Origin: Candidatus Hydrogenedentota bacterium
GTDB taxonomy: Bacteria; Hydrogenedentota; Hydrogenedentia; Hydrogenedentales; SLHB01
DNA: 64,000 nt
Direction: 5' to 3'
Assembly (NCBI GenBank): GCA_020849535.1
Contig: JADLGB010000006.1
Coordinates: 43,534-107,533, forward strand
The notes beneath the pieces are model-generated. The model was given only the letters and a program-made list of their open reading frames with translations, had not been told where the DNA came from and did no database searches. Positions 10,995 through 19,734 of the stretch are shown in pieces; the stretch's first letter is position 1, and each line of letters opens with the position of its first letter. The position numbers and the translations under genes were made by a program.

Positions 10995-12141
10995 GCAGCA
11001 CCTCCCGTTTGCGATCCAGGTAATACTTGTACAAGTCCAAGCTTACGTCGGCGGGAACCCGGTGATCCACGCCGGGGATGAAGCCGCCCTGTTCAACATA
11101 GGGTTTGAGCCGTTCGAGTTCCGCGTCAATGGCCGCGCGGGAATGCGCGAGCTTGCGCTTGCAGAAGCCTCCCCAGAGGCGAATGCGCTTGCCGTAGCGT
11201 TCGCGCAGCAGACAAGGGTCTGTGCCCGCGTGGACTTCCACGGGGAACATAGTGTTCATGCCGTTGTCGAGAAAGGTCTCGACGATGGGAAGGATGTTAC
11301 CGTCCGTGTCCGTGGTGTATACGCAACAGCCGTGGGCCACGAGCAAGTCGGCAATACGCCGGTACCAGGGTCCGACGACGGCGTGGAAGAAGTCCGGGGG
11401 AATGATGGGCCCCATGTTGAAGCAGATATCTTCCCATCCCATGCAGAAGTCGGCCTGGATGCGCGGCAAGGCGCGCTTCAATACGGCCACCGTGGCTTCA
11501 CCAAAGGTATTGATGATCTCCGTGAGCAGGATGGGATCTTCGTAAGCCATCGTGGCGATGCGTGCGAAGCCGATGAGGTTGCGGGGCACCCCCACCATGC
11601 TTCCCCCATAGACGCCGACGGGGACACCGCTGCGCAAGGCGATGGCAAGCGAGTCTTCAAATTCCTTCCAGCGTTCGGGCGCGTCGGGATCGAGTGCTTT
11701 CTTGTAGGGCTGCCACGTCGCGGCGTCCTTGACGGGATAGTCCAGAAAGTGCGGGATGGACTTGTCGCCGTGCTTATTGATGCGCGCGATCCAGCCCAAC
11801 TCGTCGCGGTAGGTCATGTGACTATCATCTTCTTCGAGGATGGCATATTCGCAGACGGGCAATGGATTCGATGTGACGTTGAGCCACAGCCAGCTCTCAA
11901 TGCCAAAGTAGTCGTACGCGGTCGCTTCACCAACGACGGTTTCGGGCAGGCCTTGCTCGTGCCAGGACTCGAGCGTGCGACCCCAGTAGCCGAACTCGAA
12001 GTTGGGGAGCGTGACGACGTCTTGGAAGAACATGGTGCGGCGGAAGCGCTCGCGCAGAGTGAGCGCCTCGCCTGCGGCATGCGGTAACACCGCAGTGCCG
12101 CGCGCACTGCTTAGAGTGCCAGCGATTTCGCTATAGTCCAT
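10969..12141 (-). CDS. URO-D/MtaA-family protein
   Basis: WEDIC, TDTDGN, LWGGF, GGFIPGVDHRVP. Start MDYSE follows GGGGGGAA. Confidence 0.83.
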   Translation of the reverse strand: MDYSEIAGTLSSARGTAVLPHAAGEALTLRERFRRTMFFQDVVTLPNFEFGYWGRTLESWHEQGLPETVVGEATAYDYFGIESWLWLNVTSNPLPVCEYAILEEDDSHMTYRDELGWIARINKHGDKSIPHFLDYPVKDAATWQPYKKALDPDAPERWKEFEDSLAIALRSGVPVGVYGGSMVGVPRNLIGFARIATMAYEDPILLTEIINTFGEATVAVLKRALPRIQADFCMGWEDICFNMGPIIPPDFFHAVVGPWYRRIADLLVAHGCCVYTTDTDGNILPIVETFLDNGMNTMFPVEVHAGTDPCLLRERYGKRIRLWGGFCKRKLAHSRAAIDAELERLKPYVEQGGFIPGVDHRVPADVSLDLYKYYLDRKREVLHVGGDPKY

Positions 12142-12198
12142 GATTCCCCCCGTTCGCCGATATGGTACCGCACTTCGTGCGGCAGATGCACGAAGCCA

Positions 12199-12321
12199 CA
12201 CGGACGTGCACGGACCGACACGGACAGACACGGACGGACACGGACCGGCACCGACAAAGAGAAGACTGAGGCCCCCACCGCGCACGGGGACGAGGCAGTC
12301 CTTGCTGTCCTTGCTGTCCTT
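12199..12321. repeat. Intergenic degenerate tandem repeats (10-bp CACGGACNNR about 6 times; 9-bp GTCCTTGCT about 2.5 times)
   Basis: Read directly, in the region between two divergent genes. Confidence 0.8.
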
Positions 12322-12421
12322 TTCGAGATTTGCTTTCCCAGACTCAGTCGATATACTGGGCACTGGCGGCCAAGTTGCGCATGCGGTGCCGCCGTGAAGT
12401 GGCATCTCAGGGGGTTTCACC

Positions 12422-13429
12422 ATGACGTCGCGAGAACGCGTGTATCGCTGTTTGAACTTTGACCATCCGGACCGGGCGCCGCGGGACTTGTGGTACCTGG
12501 CGGGGGTCTCGATGCTCCGCGCGCCGGAGCTGGAGCGGATGTTGGACCGCTTCCCCATGGACTTCGAGCAGGCGGTGGGCCGCTACGGCGAGGCGGCGCG
12601 CACGCGCGGGACGGTGGCGGAAGTGGGCACCTACACCGACGCGTGGGGTTGCGTGTGGTCGGTGGCGGAGATTGGCGTGTGCGGCGAGGTGAAGCATCCG
12701 CCGCTGGCGGACTGGGCCGCGCTCGAGGACTACTCGGCGCCGTGGGAGATGTTGAAGGGCGCGGATTTCTCCGCGACGGACGCCCAGTGCGAGGCGTCGG
12801 ACCGCTTCGTGAAGGCGGGTACTGAGGTACGGCCCTTCGAGCGGATGCAGTTCCTGCGGGGCACCGAGAACTTGCTCATGGACCTCACGCTCCAGCCCCC
12901 GGAACTCTTCGAGCTGCGAGACTTGCTGCACGAGTTCTTCATGGCGGAATTGGAGCTGTGGTGCAGCACCAAAGTGGACGCCATCAGTTTCATGGACGAT
13001 TGGGGCGCCCAGGGGAATCTGCTCATCTCGCCGGACCTGTGGCGTTCGTTTTTCAAGCCGATGTACAAGGACTACTGCGACCTCATCAAAGGCGCGGGGA
13101 AGCGGGTGTTTTTCCACTCGGACGGATGTATCCGGGCGATCATCCCCGATTTGATCGAGGTCGGGGTGGACGCGCTGAACAGTCAGCTCTTCTGCATGGA
13201 TATCGAAGAGATCGGGCGCTCGTTCCAGGGCCAAATTACGTTCTGGGGCGAGATCTGCCGGCAGAACATTCTTCCGTTCGGCACGCCGGAGGAAGTGCGA
13301 GCGGCGGTGCGCCGGGTACGCAAGGCGCTGGACCGGGGCAACGGCGGCGTTATCGCGCAGTGCGAGTGGGGCATTCGAGATCCTGTGGCGAATATCGAGG
13401 CGGTCTTCGAGACGTGGAGTGAAGAGTAG
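12422..13429 (+). CDS. URO-D/MtaA-family protein (divergent from the operon)
   Basis: MTSRERV, DAWGCVW, FLRGTENLLMD, MDDWG, FFHSDG, FWGEICRQ, FGTPEEV. Confidence 0.87.
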   Translation: MTSRERVYRCLNFDHPDRAPRDLWYLAGVSMLRAPELERMLDRFPMDFEQAVGRYGEAARTRGTVAEVGTYTDAWGCVWSVAEIGVCGEVKHPPLADWAALEDYSAPWEMLKGADFSATDAQCEASDRFVKAGTEVRPFERMQFLRGTENLLMDLTLQPPELFELRDLLHEFFMAELELWCSTKVDAISFMDDWGAQGNLLISPDLWRSFFKPMYKDYCDLIKGAGKRVFFHSDGCIRAIIPDLIEVGVDALNSQLFCMDIEEIGRSFQGQITFWGEICRQNILPFGTPEEVRAAVRRVRKALDRGNGGVIAQCEWGIRDPVANIEAVFETWSEE

Positions 13430-13471
13430 GCGGCGCTTCGGAAAGCCTGGGCGCGTACGCCATGGAAATGA

Positions 13472-13511
13472 AAAACCCCGGCGACTCTCCCCCGAAAGGC
13501 GCCGGGGTTTT
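13472..13511. terminator. Probable bidirectional intrinsic terminator
   Basis: AAAACCCCGGCG...CGCCGGGGTTTT between convergent genes. Confidence 0.65.
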
Positions 13512-13725
13512 CCTCCCCCCAGAGGAATCGTGATTCCCCTCATGGCTAGAGCGAGCTAGCTGCTCCGGCCAAACCTGTGAGCAAATATATCCAAAACGGG
13601 GGGAACAACCGCCTCAAGACTCCCAATCATCGGTCTTAGCTGCAAGGCTGTCCTGGTGACAAAGGTGGGATGTGAAGGCTTGGGTTGGCCGGGAAGGTCT
13701 GTCAGATCAGTCAGGTAGGTGTTGT

Positions 13726-14145
13726 TCATCGCTCTGACTCGCTTCCCTCGCCTTGAGCCGGGCACTCCCCCCGTTCTTGGCAATTATTGGTGGACAACAG
13801 ACTGTGTACCAGATTGAGCAGGTTTGGGCCGTCGACGGGTTTGGCTACGTAGCGGTAGCTTTCCCCGTTCTTCGAGCCGTTGCCCGCGAAGACGATCCCC
13901 GAACCCGACATAACAATCACGGGCAGATTCGGAAACTCGTCGTGCAGGATGGACATTGTCTCAGTCCCTTCCTGCTCCGGCATCATGATGTCCGTGATGA
14001 CCAGGTCTGGACGCTCGTGGCGGCACAAGTCCACACCGTCCCGGCCATTTTCAGCGTCCCAGACTTCGTGACCGTCTTGCTCCAGGATCAATCGAAACGT
14101 GAGACGGAGGACGGGCTCGTCGTCGATGACTACTATACGCGACAT
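13726..14145 (-). CDS. Single-domain (CheY-like) response regulator
   Basis: IVVIDDE, VITDIMMP, VAKP. AGGAG RBS before ATG 14145. Confidence 0.9.
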   Translation of the reverse strand: MSRIVVIDDEPVLRLTFRLILEQDGHEVWDAENGRDGVDLCRHERPDLVITDIMMPEQEGTETMSILHDEFPNLPVIVMSGSGIVFAGNGSKNGESYRYVAKPVDGPNLLNLVHSLLSTNNCQERGECPAQGEGSESER

Positions 14146-14306
14146 GCTCCTGTTCTCCATCGTTTCGAGTGAAGCCCCCCATTGGAGAAGCCGGTTGAGT
14201 TCTCTTCCCTGCACGAGCCGGGTAGATACCGATTCCCCCTCCCGGGGACGTTTGGACTAACCGTCAGGACCATCCAGACCCTTACTGGCCATCACGTCCA
14301 CTATAA

Positions 14307-14322
14307 TGCACGAAGCGTGCCA
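14307..14322 (-). promoter_or_regulatory. Putative sigma54 (-24/-12) promoter
   Basis: Minus strand TGGCACGCTTCGTGCA (GG-N10-GC), about 160 bp upstream of the response regulator, with an AT-rich tract further upstream. Confidence 0.6.
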
Positions 14323-14567
14323 GCTTTGGCTGGTGCGGCCATTCAGAGTCTAATTTGTTTACTTACAGTTAGTTATCCTCAGAAGTGCGATGAAGACGCC
14401 CAACGGGACCACAAAACACAGGCGTTCATTAGTACAGCTTTGCACAGTACACAGATGTCCTTTTTGGGGGGAAATTGTCCTGAAATATCTAAAGTCAATA
14501 CACGTTCAAGCCCAATGGCCCTGTTTTCGACATAATGGCGGTCCAAAGTGGGCCGCTGGCCCTCCTC

Positions 14568-14739
14568 GTAGGGCGGGATTTGTTCCCGCCTTCTTATCAG
14601 GATGGGGATTGCCTCTGGCATGTTCAAGAGCCGGCAGGGATGCCGGCGCTCCCAGTAGGGCGGGATTTGTTCCCGCCTTCTTGTCAGGATGGGGAATGCC
14701 GCTGGCGTTCTCAAGAGCCGGCAGGGATGCCGGCGCTCC
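14568..14739. repeat. Two tandem 87-bp REP-like units
   Basis: Each unit has a GTAG-GGCGGGA-N5-TCCCGCC hairpin plus GCCGGCAGGGATGCCGGCGCTCC. Units start at 14568 and 14655. Confidence 0.88.
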
Positions 14740-14788
14740 TGATTGCGCGCCTGCTAAGCACGGTTAGATTGCTCTGAAATCTCCCCTC

Positions 14789-14838
14789 TTGACATACCTG
14801 GAGGTTCATGGTACTTTATACCTTGAACTCCAAAGTAG
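14789..14838 (+). promoter_or_regulatory. Sigma70 promoter with two overlapping palindromic boxes (likely PadR operator)
   Basis: TTGACA-17 bp-TACTTT with a TGn extension. Boxes TACCTGGAGGTTCATGGTA and TACCTTGAACTCCAAAGTA. Confidence 0.72.
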
Positions 14839-14849
14839 AGGGCGTAATC

Positions 14850-15185
14850 ATGAAACTGGACAAAGAACTCGTTGGCGCAAGCACGAGCCTGCTTGTGCTT
14901 TCCACCCTGGCGCGGGAAGCCACCTACGGCTACCGGCTTATCAAAGCCATCAACAAGGAAGCGGACGGCCTCTTCGAGTGGCAGGAGGGCACGGTCTACC
15001 CCATTCTGCACAAGCTGGAGAAGGAGGGGCTCGTCCGCGCGCAGTGGCAGACGGCGGACACCGGGCGGCGGCGGAAGTACTACTACATCACCGCAGGCGG
15101 GCGCGAAGCCCTGGGCCAAGGCGTCGAGCAGTGGGAACGCTGGCACGGCATGGTCATGAAGCTGGGGGAAGCACGCAATGGATAA
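14850..15185 (+). CDS. PadR-family transcriptional regulator
   Basis: YGYRLIK, EGTVYPILHKLEKEG, RRRKYYYITAGG. Confidence 0.95.
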   Translation: MKLDKELVGASTSLLVLSTLAREATYGYRLIKAINKEADGLFEWQEGTVYPILHKLEKEGLVRAQWQTADTGRRRKYYYITAGGREALGQGVEQWERWHGMVMKLGEARNG

Positions 15186-16197
15186 GCAACTGAGCCCGGA
15201 GACGGAGGCGGCGTTGCGCGACGCGGTGCGCGAGATCGGGACGGCCCGAGGACTGGACGAAGAGGCTCAAGAGGAGTTGTACGCGCATCTCGAGGACAAG
15301 GCGCTGGGCTATCTATCGGGCGACGAGAGCCTGTCTGAAGCGGACGCAGTAGTGCTTGCGCGCAAGCATTTTGGGATGGTGGGTATGGCGCGGAGAAGTA
15401 CGGTGCGCTCCCCCATTCCGGTTTGGTCGCCGGCTTTTGCACGGATTGTGGTGATCCTGGCAATCCTGGACGCCGCGCTGGGCGTGGTATTCTCCGGGTT
15501 GCGCGGCAGTGGCTATGTTCTCAGGGGGATCGGGTTGGGCTCGCTGTACAGTGACGCATTGGCCCTAAGCGTACTCCTAATCGCATTCGGTCTATGCCTC
15601 GTATTCGCGAATCGCACGGATTGGACTCGCAGCGGTTCGACCGGAACATGGCACCTACGAGTGAAGATGCGTTGGCTGGTACTTGCGCTGGGCCTGCTGA
15701 TGATTCTCCGCTGGGTAGTTCCTGGCAGACTTGACCTTTTCGGCTTGCCGGGGATTTCGCGTCAGGAACTTCCAGAGAAGTTGGAATGGTTGGGTCTGGC
15801 GATAGCGGTTCTGTGGGCGGGTACTTGGGTCCGCTGCATTCGCCAGGCCAACAGGAGCGCAGCGCCGCTTGCCGCGTGCGCTGCGATGTGGGTCGTGCTG
15901 CGCCTGTCATTCGATGGGGCCAGAAGCTTCTTCGGTTGGCTCTCGCCGTACCACGATGTCGGCGGCGGCATGGCATGGATGCTCGTTCCGGGCAGGCTCT
16001 TCAGGGAGCCAAACGACTTCTTCGCGATATCGAAGAGCTTGCTTCGCATACTCTGGAACAGCGGCGCGGCGCCGCTCGCGTTCATTGTTCTGATCATCGT
16101 TTTGTATGTCGTGCAGTTCCACTTGGTCCAGGCAATCCGAATGTACGTGCGGAACTGCCGCAACACTCAGCGGGGGATGCCATGGGTGCTCGATTGA
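15178..16197 (+). CDS. Multi-TM membrane protein with N-terminal HAAS/permease-prefix-like domain (paralog 1)
   Basis: EELYAHLEDK...EADAVVLARKHFG followed by many hydrophobic helices. Overlaps the padR stop. Confidence 0.8.
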   Translation: MDKQLSPETEAALRDAVREIGTARGLDEEAQEELYAHLEDKALGYLSGDESLSEADAVVLARKHFGMVGMARRSTVRSPIPVWSPAFARIVVILAILDAALGVVFSGLRGSGYVLRGIGLGSLYSDALALSVLLIAFGLCLVFANRTDWTRSGSTGTWHLRVKMRWLVLALGLLMILRWVVPGRLDLFGLPGISRQELPEKLEWLGLAIAVLWAGTWVRCIRQANRSAAPLAACAAMWVVLRLSFDGARSFFGWLSPYHDVGGGMAWMLVPGRLFREPNDFFAISKSLLRILWNSGAAPLAFIVLIIVLYVVQFHLVQAIRMYVRNCRNTQRGMPWVLD

Positions 16198-17255
16198 GTC
16201 CGGAAACCGAAGCCGCGCTGAGGAAGCTCGCGCGGGAGATTGGCAATTCGCGTGGGCTCGACGATGACGCGCAGGAAGAGTTGTACGGGCATCTGGAAGA
16301 CAAGACGCTCGGGTATCTGTCGGGAGAGGATGGCATCACCGAAGCGGACGCGGTGTTGTTGACGCGGGAGCATTTTGGGGACCCGGGGGCGTTTCCGGAG
16401 GCTCTCGCGCAGATGCCAACGCCGTTCAGGAGTTCGGTGAGTCTGCCGAGGCGGCTGGCGGCGGTGGCGGTGCTGACGCTGGCGGTGGGGGTTGCCTTTA
16501 GTGTGGTGCGGCTGCTCATCGCGCTGTGCTTGGACAGGGAGTCCGCGGTTGTGTTCTTTGGACCTGCTGGAAGACCGTGGATGTTTGTGCTTGAAGCAAT
16601 CAGTCTCGGCGTGATCTTCTTGCGACTGCAGAGATGGAGGACTCTGGAGCGCCGCGGTTCACGGGTCTGGTACCAGAATTGCCCGGGGTCCATCTTCGCG
16701 TTTTGTGTTGTCGCGTTGATCTTCCTCGATTGGTGCGTACCCGGTGTGCGTTTGGATCAGGTGGCAGCCGCAGCGGGCCTTGAGCAGTTTCTGTATTCCT
16801 TGCGTCGGCCGCCGCATCCGATCATCTACAGTTACTATTTCCTTATCGCGGTCGACTGGGCGCCCAACCTGATTGCGCCGATGCTCTGGATTTGGTGGGG
16901 CGAACAGCGGCAGTACCGGACGAAAGCGACCATGCTGTCGGCAGTTGCCTGGGCGGGCTTCAACACCACCATGATGGTCCCGATGGCAGTGTTTGGAAAT
17001 CCGGTGTATCTGCTAGGACCCACGGATTCAAGGTATACGATGTATGTCGCCATGGGACGTTTCGCCATCCAGAGTACATGGGGGCTCGCGCCGGAAAGGC
17101 CGCTCGTCACGGTGGTGGCATGGGGCTATATGGCTTTCGTTCTGGCTTTGTTCGCGGGGACGGCCGCCGTGATGTACCTGTTGCCAAGCTGGACTATGAG
17201 CGTGCTCGGGCGGATCCGCAGAACTGAGATTCGTTTGCGGCCGGTTGCGCGCTGA
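16182..17255 (+). CDS. HAAS/permease-prefix-domain membrane protein (paralog 2)
   Basis: Start MGARLSPETE after GGGGGA. EELYGHLEDK...EHFGDP, multiple TMs. Confidence 0.82.
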   Translation: MGARLSPETEAALRKLAREIGNSRGLDDDAQEELYGHLEDKTLGYLSGEDGITEADAVLLTREHFGDPGAFPEALAQMPTPFRSSVSLPRRLAAVAVLTLAVGVAFSVVRLLIALCLDRESAVVFFGPAGRPWMFVLEAISLGVIFLRLQRWRTLERRGSRVWYQNCPGSIFAFCVVALIFLDWCVPGVRLDQVAAAAGLEQFLYSLRRPPHPIIYSYYFLIAVDWAPNLIAPMLWIWWGEQRQYRTKATMLSAVAWAGFNTTMMVPMAVFGNPVYLLGPTDSRYTMYVAMGRFAIQSTWGLAPERPLVTVVAWGYMAFVLALFAGTAAVMYLLPSWTMSVLGRIRRTEIRLRPVAR

Positions 17256-17360
17256 GGGTGCCGCGCACGTGGCGCGGCGAAAGGCATTCGAGTAAGAACC
17301 GTGAAGAGATGTTCACAGATTCAGCAGGGCATATTTGCGCGGCCTCACAGGAGTCACACG

Positions 17361-18422
17361 ATGGACAAGAAGCTCAGTTCAGAAACCGAAGCCGCTCTCC
17401 GTAAGCTCGCGCGGGAGATTGGCAATTCGCGTGGCCTCGACGATGACGCGCAGGAAGAGTTGTACGGGCACTTAGAAGACAAGACGCTCGGCTATCTGTC
17501 GGGGGAGGATGGCATCACCGAAGCGGACGCAGTGCTGCTGACGCGGGAGCATTTTGGGGATCCGGGAGCGTTTCCGGAGGCGGACGCACAGGTGCAAGCG
17601 CCGTTCAGGAGTTCGGTGAGTCTGCCGAGGCGGTTGGCGGCGGTGGCGGTGTTGACGCTGGCGGTGGGCGCGGCGGCATCCATAGCCAGGTTGATCGCCG
17701 CGCTGAGTATGGACACTGAGTCGGCGATCAATTACTTGGGCCCGAGAGGCTGGTCTTTGATTTGGATAGTTATGGCACTCCAGGCGGCCTGTATTCTCTT
17801 TATGTTGAACAGATGGAAAGCGCGTGAACGCCGAAGCCAGCAGTTGTGGTACGCGAATCGTGCACCAAGTTTCCTGGCAATGGTGCTTTTCGGAATGACG
17901 ATTATCGTCTGGTGCATACCGGAAGTGCGACTGGAACACAGCATATTCGCAGCTCAGCATGAAGCACTCATCTTTTCCATGGTTCGAATGCCCAACCCAA
18001 TCCTCCGAACGTTCGTTGTTATTGCGCCGGTTGTCAGTGTGCTTTTTCCAGTCCTATGGATATGGTGGGGAGATTGCGAAAGCGTTCGAGTACGGTCTAT
18101 CGTCGCCGCAGCTGTGGCGTGGGTGGGAACAAGTATCACCGTGTCGATTCCATCCATGCTGTATGGAAGTCCAGTATTCGTGGTCGGCGATTCGACAAGC
18201 CGAATCGAGATCCTGCCCGCCATGGACGCCGGTGCAGTTCACCAAGCGTTTGGGTTGACACCGGAAGATGTAGCGGGCACCGCGCTGGCGATGATAGTGC
18301 TGAGAACGGTGTATGCGGTGGCTCTCGCGGTTACAGGGGCTGTCGTCTATTCTCTGATTAGCCTTGCCAGTCGCACGGTGCGGCACTACGGCAGGATCCG
18401 CTGGCGGCCGGTTGCGCGCTGA
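17361..18422 (+). CDS. HAAS/permease-prefix-domain membrane protein (paralog 3)
   Basis: AGGAG RBS. First ~100 aa nearly identical to paralog 2; same RPVAR C-terminus. Confidence 0.82.
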   Translation: MDKKLSSETEAALRKLAREIGNSRGLDDDAQEELYGHLEDKTLGYLSGEDGITEADAVLLTREHFGDPGAFPEADAQVQAPFRSSVSLPRRLAAVAVLTLAVGAAASIARLIAALSMDTESAINYLGPRGWSLIWIVMALQAACILFMLNRWKARERRSQQLWYANRAPSFLAMVLFGMTIIVWCIPEVRLEHSIFAAQHEALIFSMVRMPNPILRTFVVIAPVVSVLFPVLWIWWGDCESVRVRSIVAAAVAWVGTSITVSIPSMLYGSPVFVVGDSTSRIEILPAMDAGAVHQAFGLTPEDVAGTALAMIVLRTVYAVALAVTGAVVYSLISLASRTVRHYGRIRWRPVAR

Positions 18423-18459
18423 GGATGCCGCGCGCGAGGCGCGGCGGGAAGGCAAAGAT

Positions 18460-18611
18460 AATCGGACGGATTGGACGGATCAGACCGATCGGACGGGGGC
18501 GAAGTTGCGGGCGGGCGCAGTGTGGCAGGCGCGCGGCAGCGAACCGGGCCGCTTGGCCGCGGTACCGCTGACCCATGACCGATCTGTCCGATCGGTCGGA
18601 TCCGTCCGATT
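18460..18611. repeat. Inverted pair of degenerate 9-mer arrays (ATCGGACGG-type)
   Basis: AATCGGACGGATTGGACGGATCAGACCGATCGGAC ... GATCTGTCCGATCGGTCGGATCCGTCCGATT. Related arrays near 24350, 24627, 43031 and 52993. Confidence 0.78.
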
Positions 18612-18642
18612 GCGTGCGCGGCTGCTCGGCGGCCGCGGGCAC

Positions 18643-19734
18643 TCACACAAACAAGACCGCCTCGGCCATCAGGCCGGGGCCGAAGCCGAGGGCGACGCAG
18701 GGCCGTGGCGCTTTGCTGTCTCGCAGGCGCTTGAGGATGAACAGGATCGTCGGGGATGACATGTTGCCGTGATCGCGGAGGACTTCGCGGGAGACGGCGA
18801 GGGCTTCTCTGTCGAGTCCTAGGGCTTTGCTGGTTGAACTCAGGATGCGTGGCCCGCCCGGGTGAACAGCCCATGACCTTATGTCGTCTATTCCATACTC
18901 AAAGTCTGCTAACCATCCCTCTATCCACGGTTTCAGGTGGGTGCCGATGAGTTCGGGCACGCGGCTGGACAAGGACATGATGAACCCGTTGTTGCCGATG
19001 CGCCAGGTCATGGCGTCTTCGGAGTCGGGGATCAAACAAGAGCCGGTGGCGGCGACCTGCCAAGGGCCTTCGCCGACGACATCCGCGGCGGCACCGACGA
19101 TGGCGGCGGAACCATCGGCGAAGAGGGCGTTCGCGACGAGCTGGTCGGGATGCCAGCCGTAGTGATAATGCAGGCTGCACAACTCGACAGCGCACAGCAG
19201 CACGCGCGCACTGGGATCGCTCTCCGCGAATCCGCGCGCGGCGCGAAGTCCATTAAGCGCGCCGTGACACCCCATGAACCCGACGTGGACGCGCTGGGTC
19301 GTCGCGGGGAGACCCAGTTGCTTGATGAGTCCAATGTCTACACCGGGCGCGGCGAACCCGCTGCACGACACGGTGACCAGATGCGTGATTTCGCCGGGCT
19401 GAATCTGTGATGCGTCCAGCGCTTCCTGGGACGCCTGGACCGCCAATGGTAACGCTTCGCTTTCGTACTTGGCCATGCGCTCGCGGATGGATGGACCCAG
19501 TTGGCAGGCACCGTTGGGAGACGGAAAGAACGATACGCGGTTGGGCGTGCCTTCGGGTCCGTCGAGGACGACGGTGTGGCGTTTCTCCACGCCGGTCATT
19601 CTGTAAAGGAGTTTTAGTTGGCGCTTCTGCTCTTCCGTCTCGCAGAAGGCTTCTCGTGCGTACTCGACGGACTCCTCGAAGTTGATGGAGTGAGGGGGTA
19701 GCGCGGTGCCTTGTCCGAGAATCGAGAACTTCAT
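18643..19734 (-). CDS. Type III polyketide synthase
   Basis: Cys-His-Asn triad (FMGCHG, VHPGG, HGNMSS), ALFADG, GFGPGL. ATGA overlap with the upstream gene. Confidence 0.95.
   Translation of the reverse strand: MKFSILGQGTALPPHSINFEESVEYAREAFCETEEQKRQLKLLYRMTGVEKRHTVVLDGPEGTPNRVSFFPSPNGACQLGPSIRERMAKYESEALPLAVQASQEALDASQIQPGEITHLVTVSCSGFAAPGVDIGLIKQLGLPATTQRVHVGFMGCHGALNGLRAARGFAESDPSARVLLCAVELCSLHYHYGWHPDQLVANALFADGSAAIVGAAADVVGEGPWQVAATGSCLIPDSEDAMTWRIGNNGFIMSLSSRVPELIGTHLKPWIEGWLADFEYGIDDIRSWAVHPGGPRILSSTSKALGLDREALAVSREVLRDHGNMSSPTILFILKRLRDSKAPRPCVALGFGPGLMAEAVLFV

Noticed and set aside
10774..12087. Long antisense ORFs (also 22185-23351, 42032-43297, 44400-45614, 46086-47237, 50492-51679)
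   Set aside because: Shadow frames opposite well-supported genes in GC-rich DNA, with no motifs.
6074..12141. Pyrrolysine/selenocysteine recoding, or a methanogenesis locus
   Set aside because: The ORFs are full length without in-frame stops, the context is bacterial, and no pyl, mcr or mtr genes are in the window.
9083..12421. Cobalamin riboswitch for the corrinoid operon
   Set aside because: No recognisable B12-box could be read in the intergenic segments.
14568..14739. Possible CRISPR array
   Set aside because: Only two units, the intervening sequences resemble each other, copies are dispersed, and there are no cas genes. It fits REP-like repeats.
15178..18422. Diversity-generating retroelement or integron cassette array
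   Set aside because: No reverse transcriptase or integrase, no adenine-specific TR/VR pair, and no attC-like sites.
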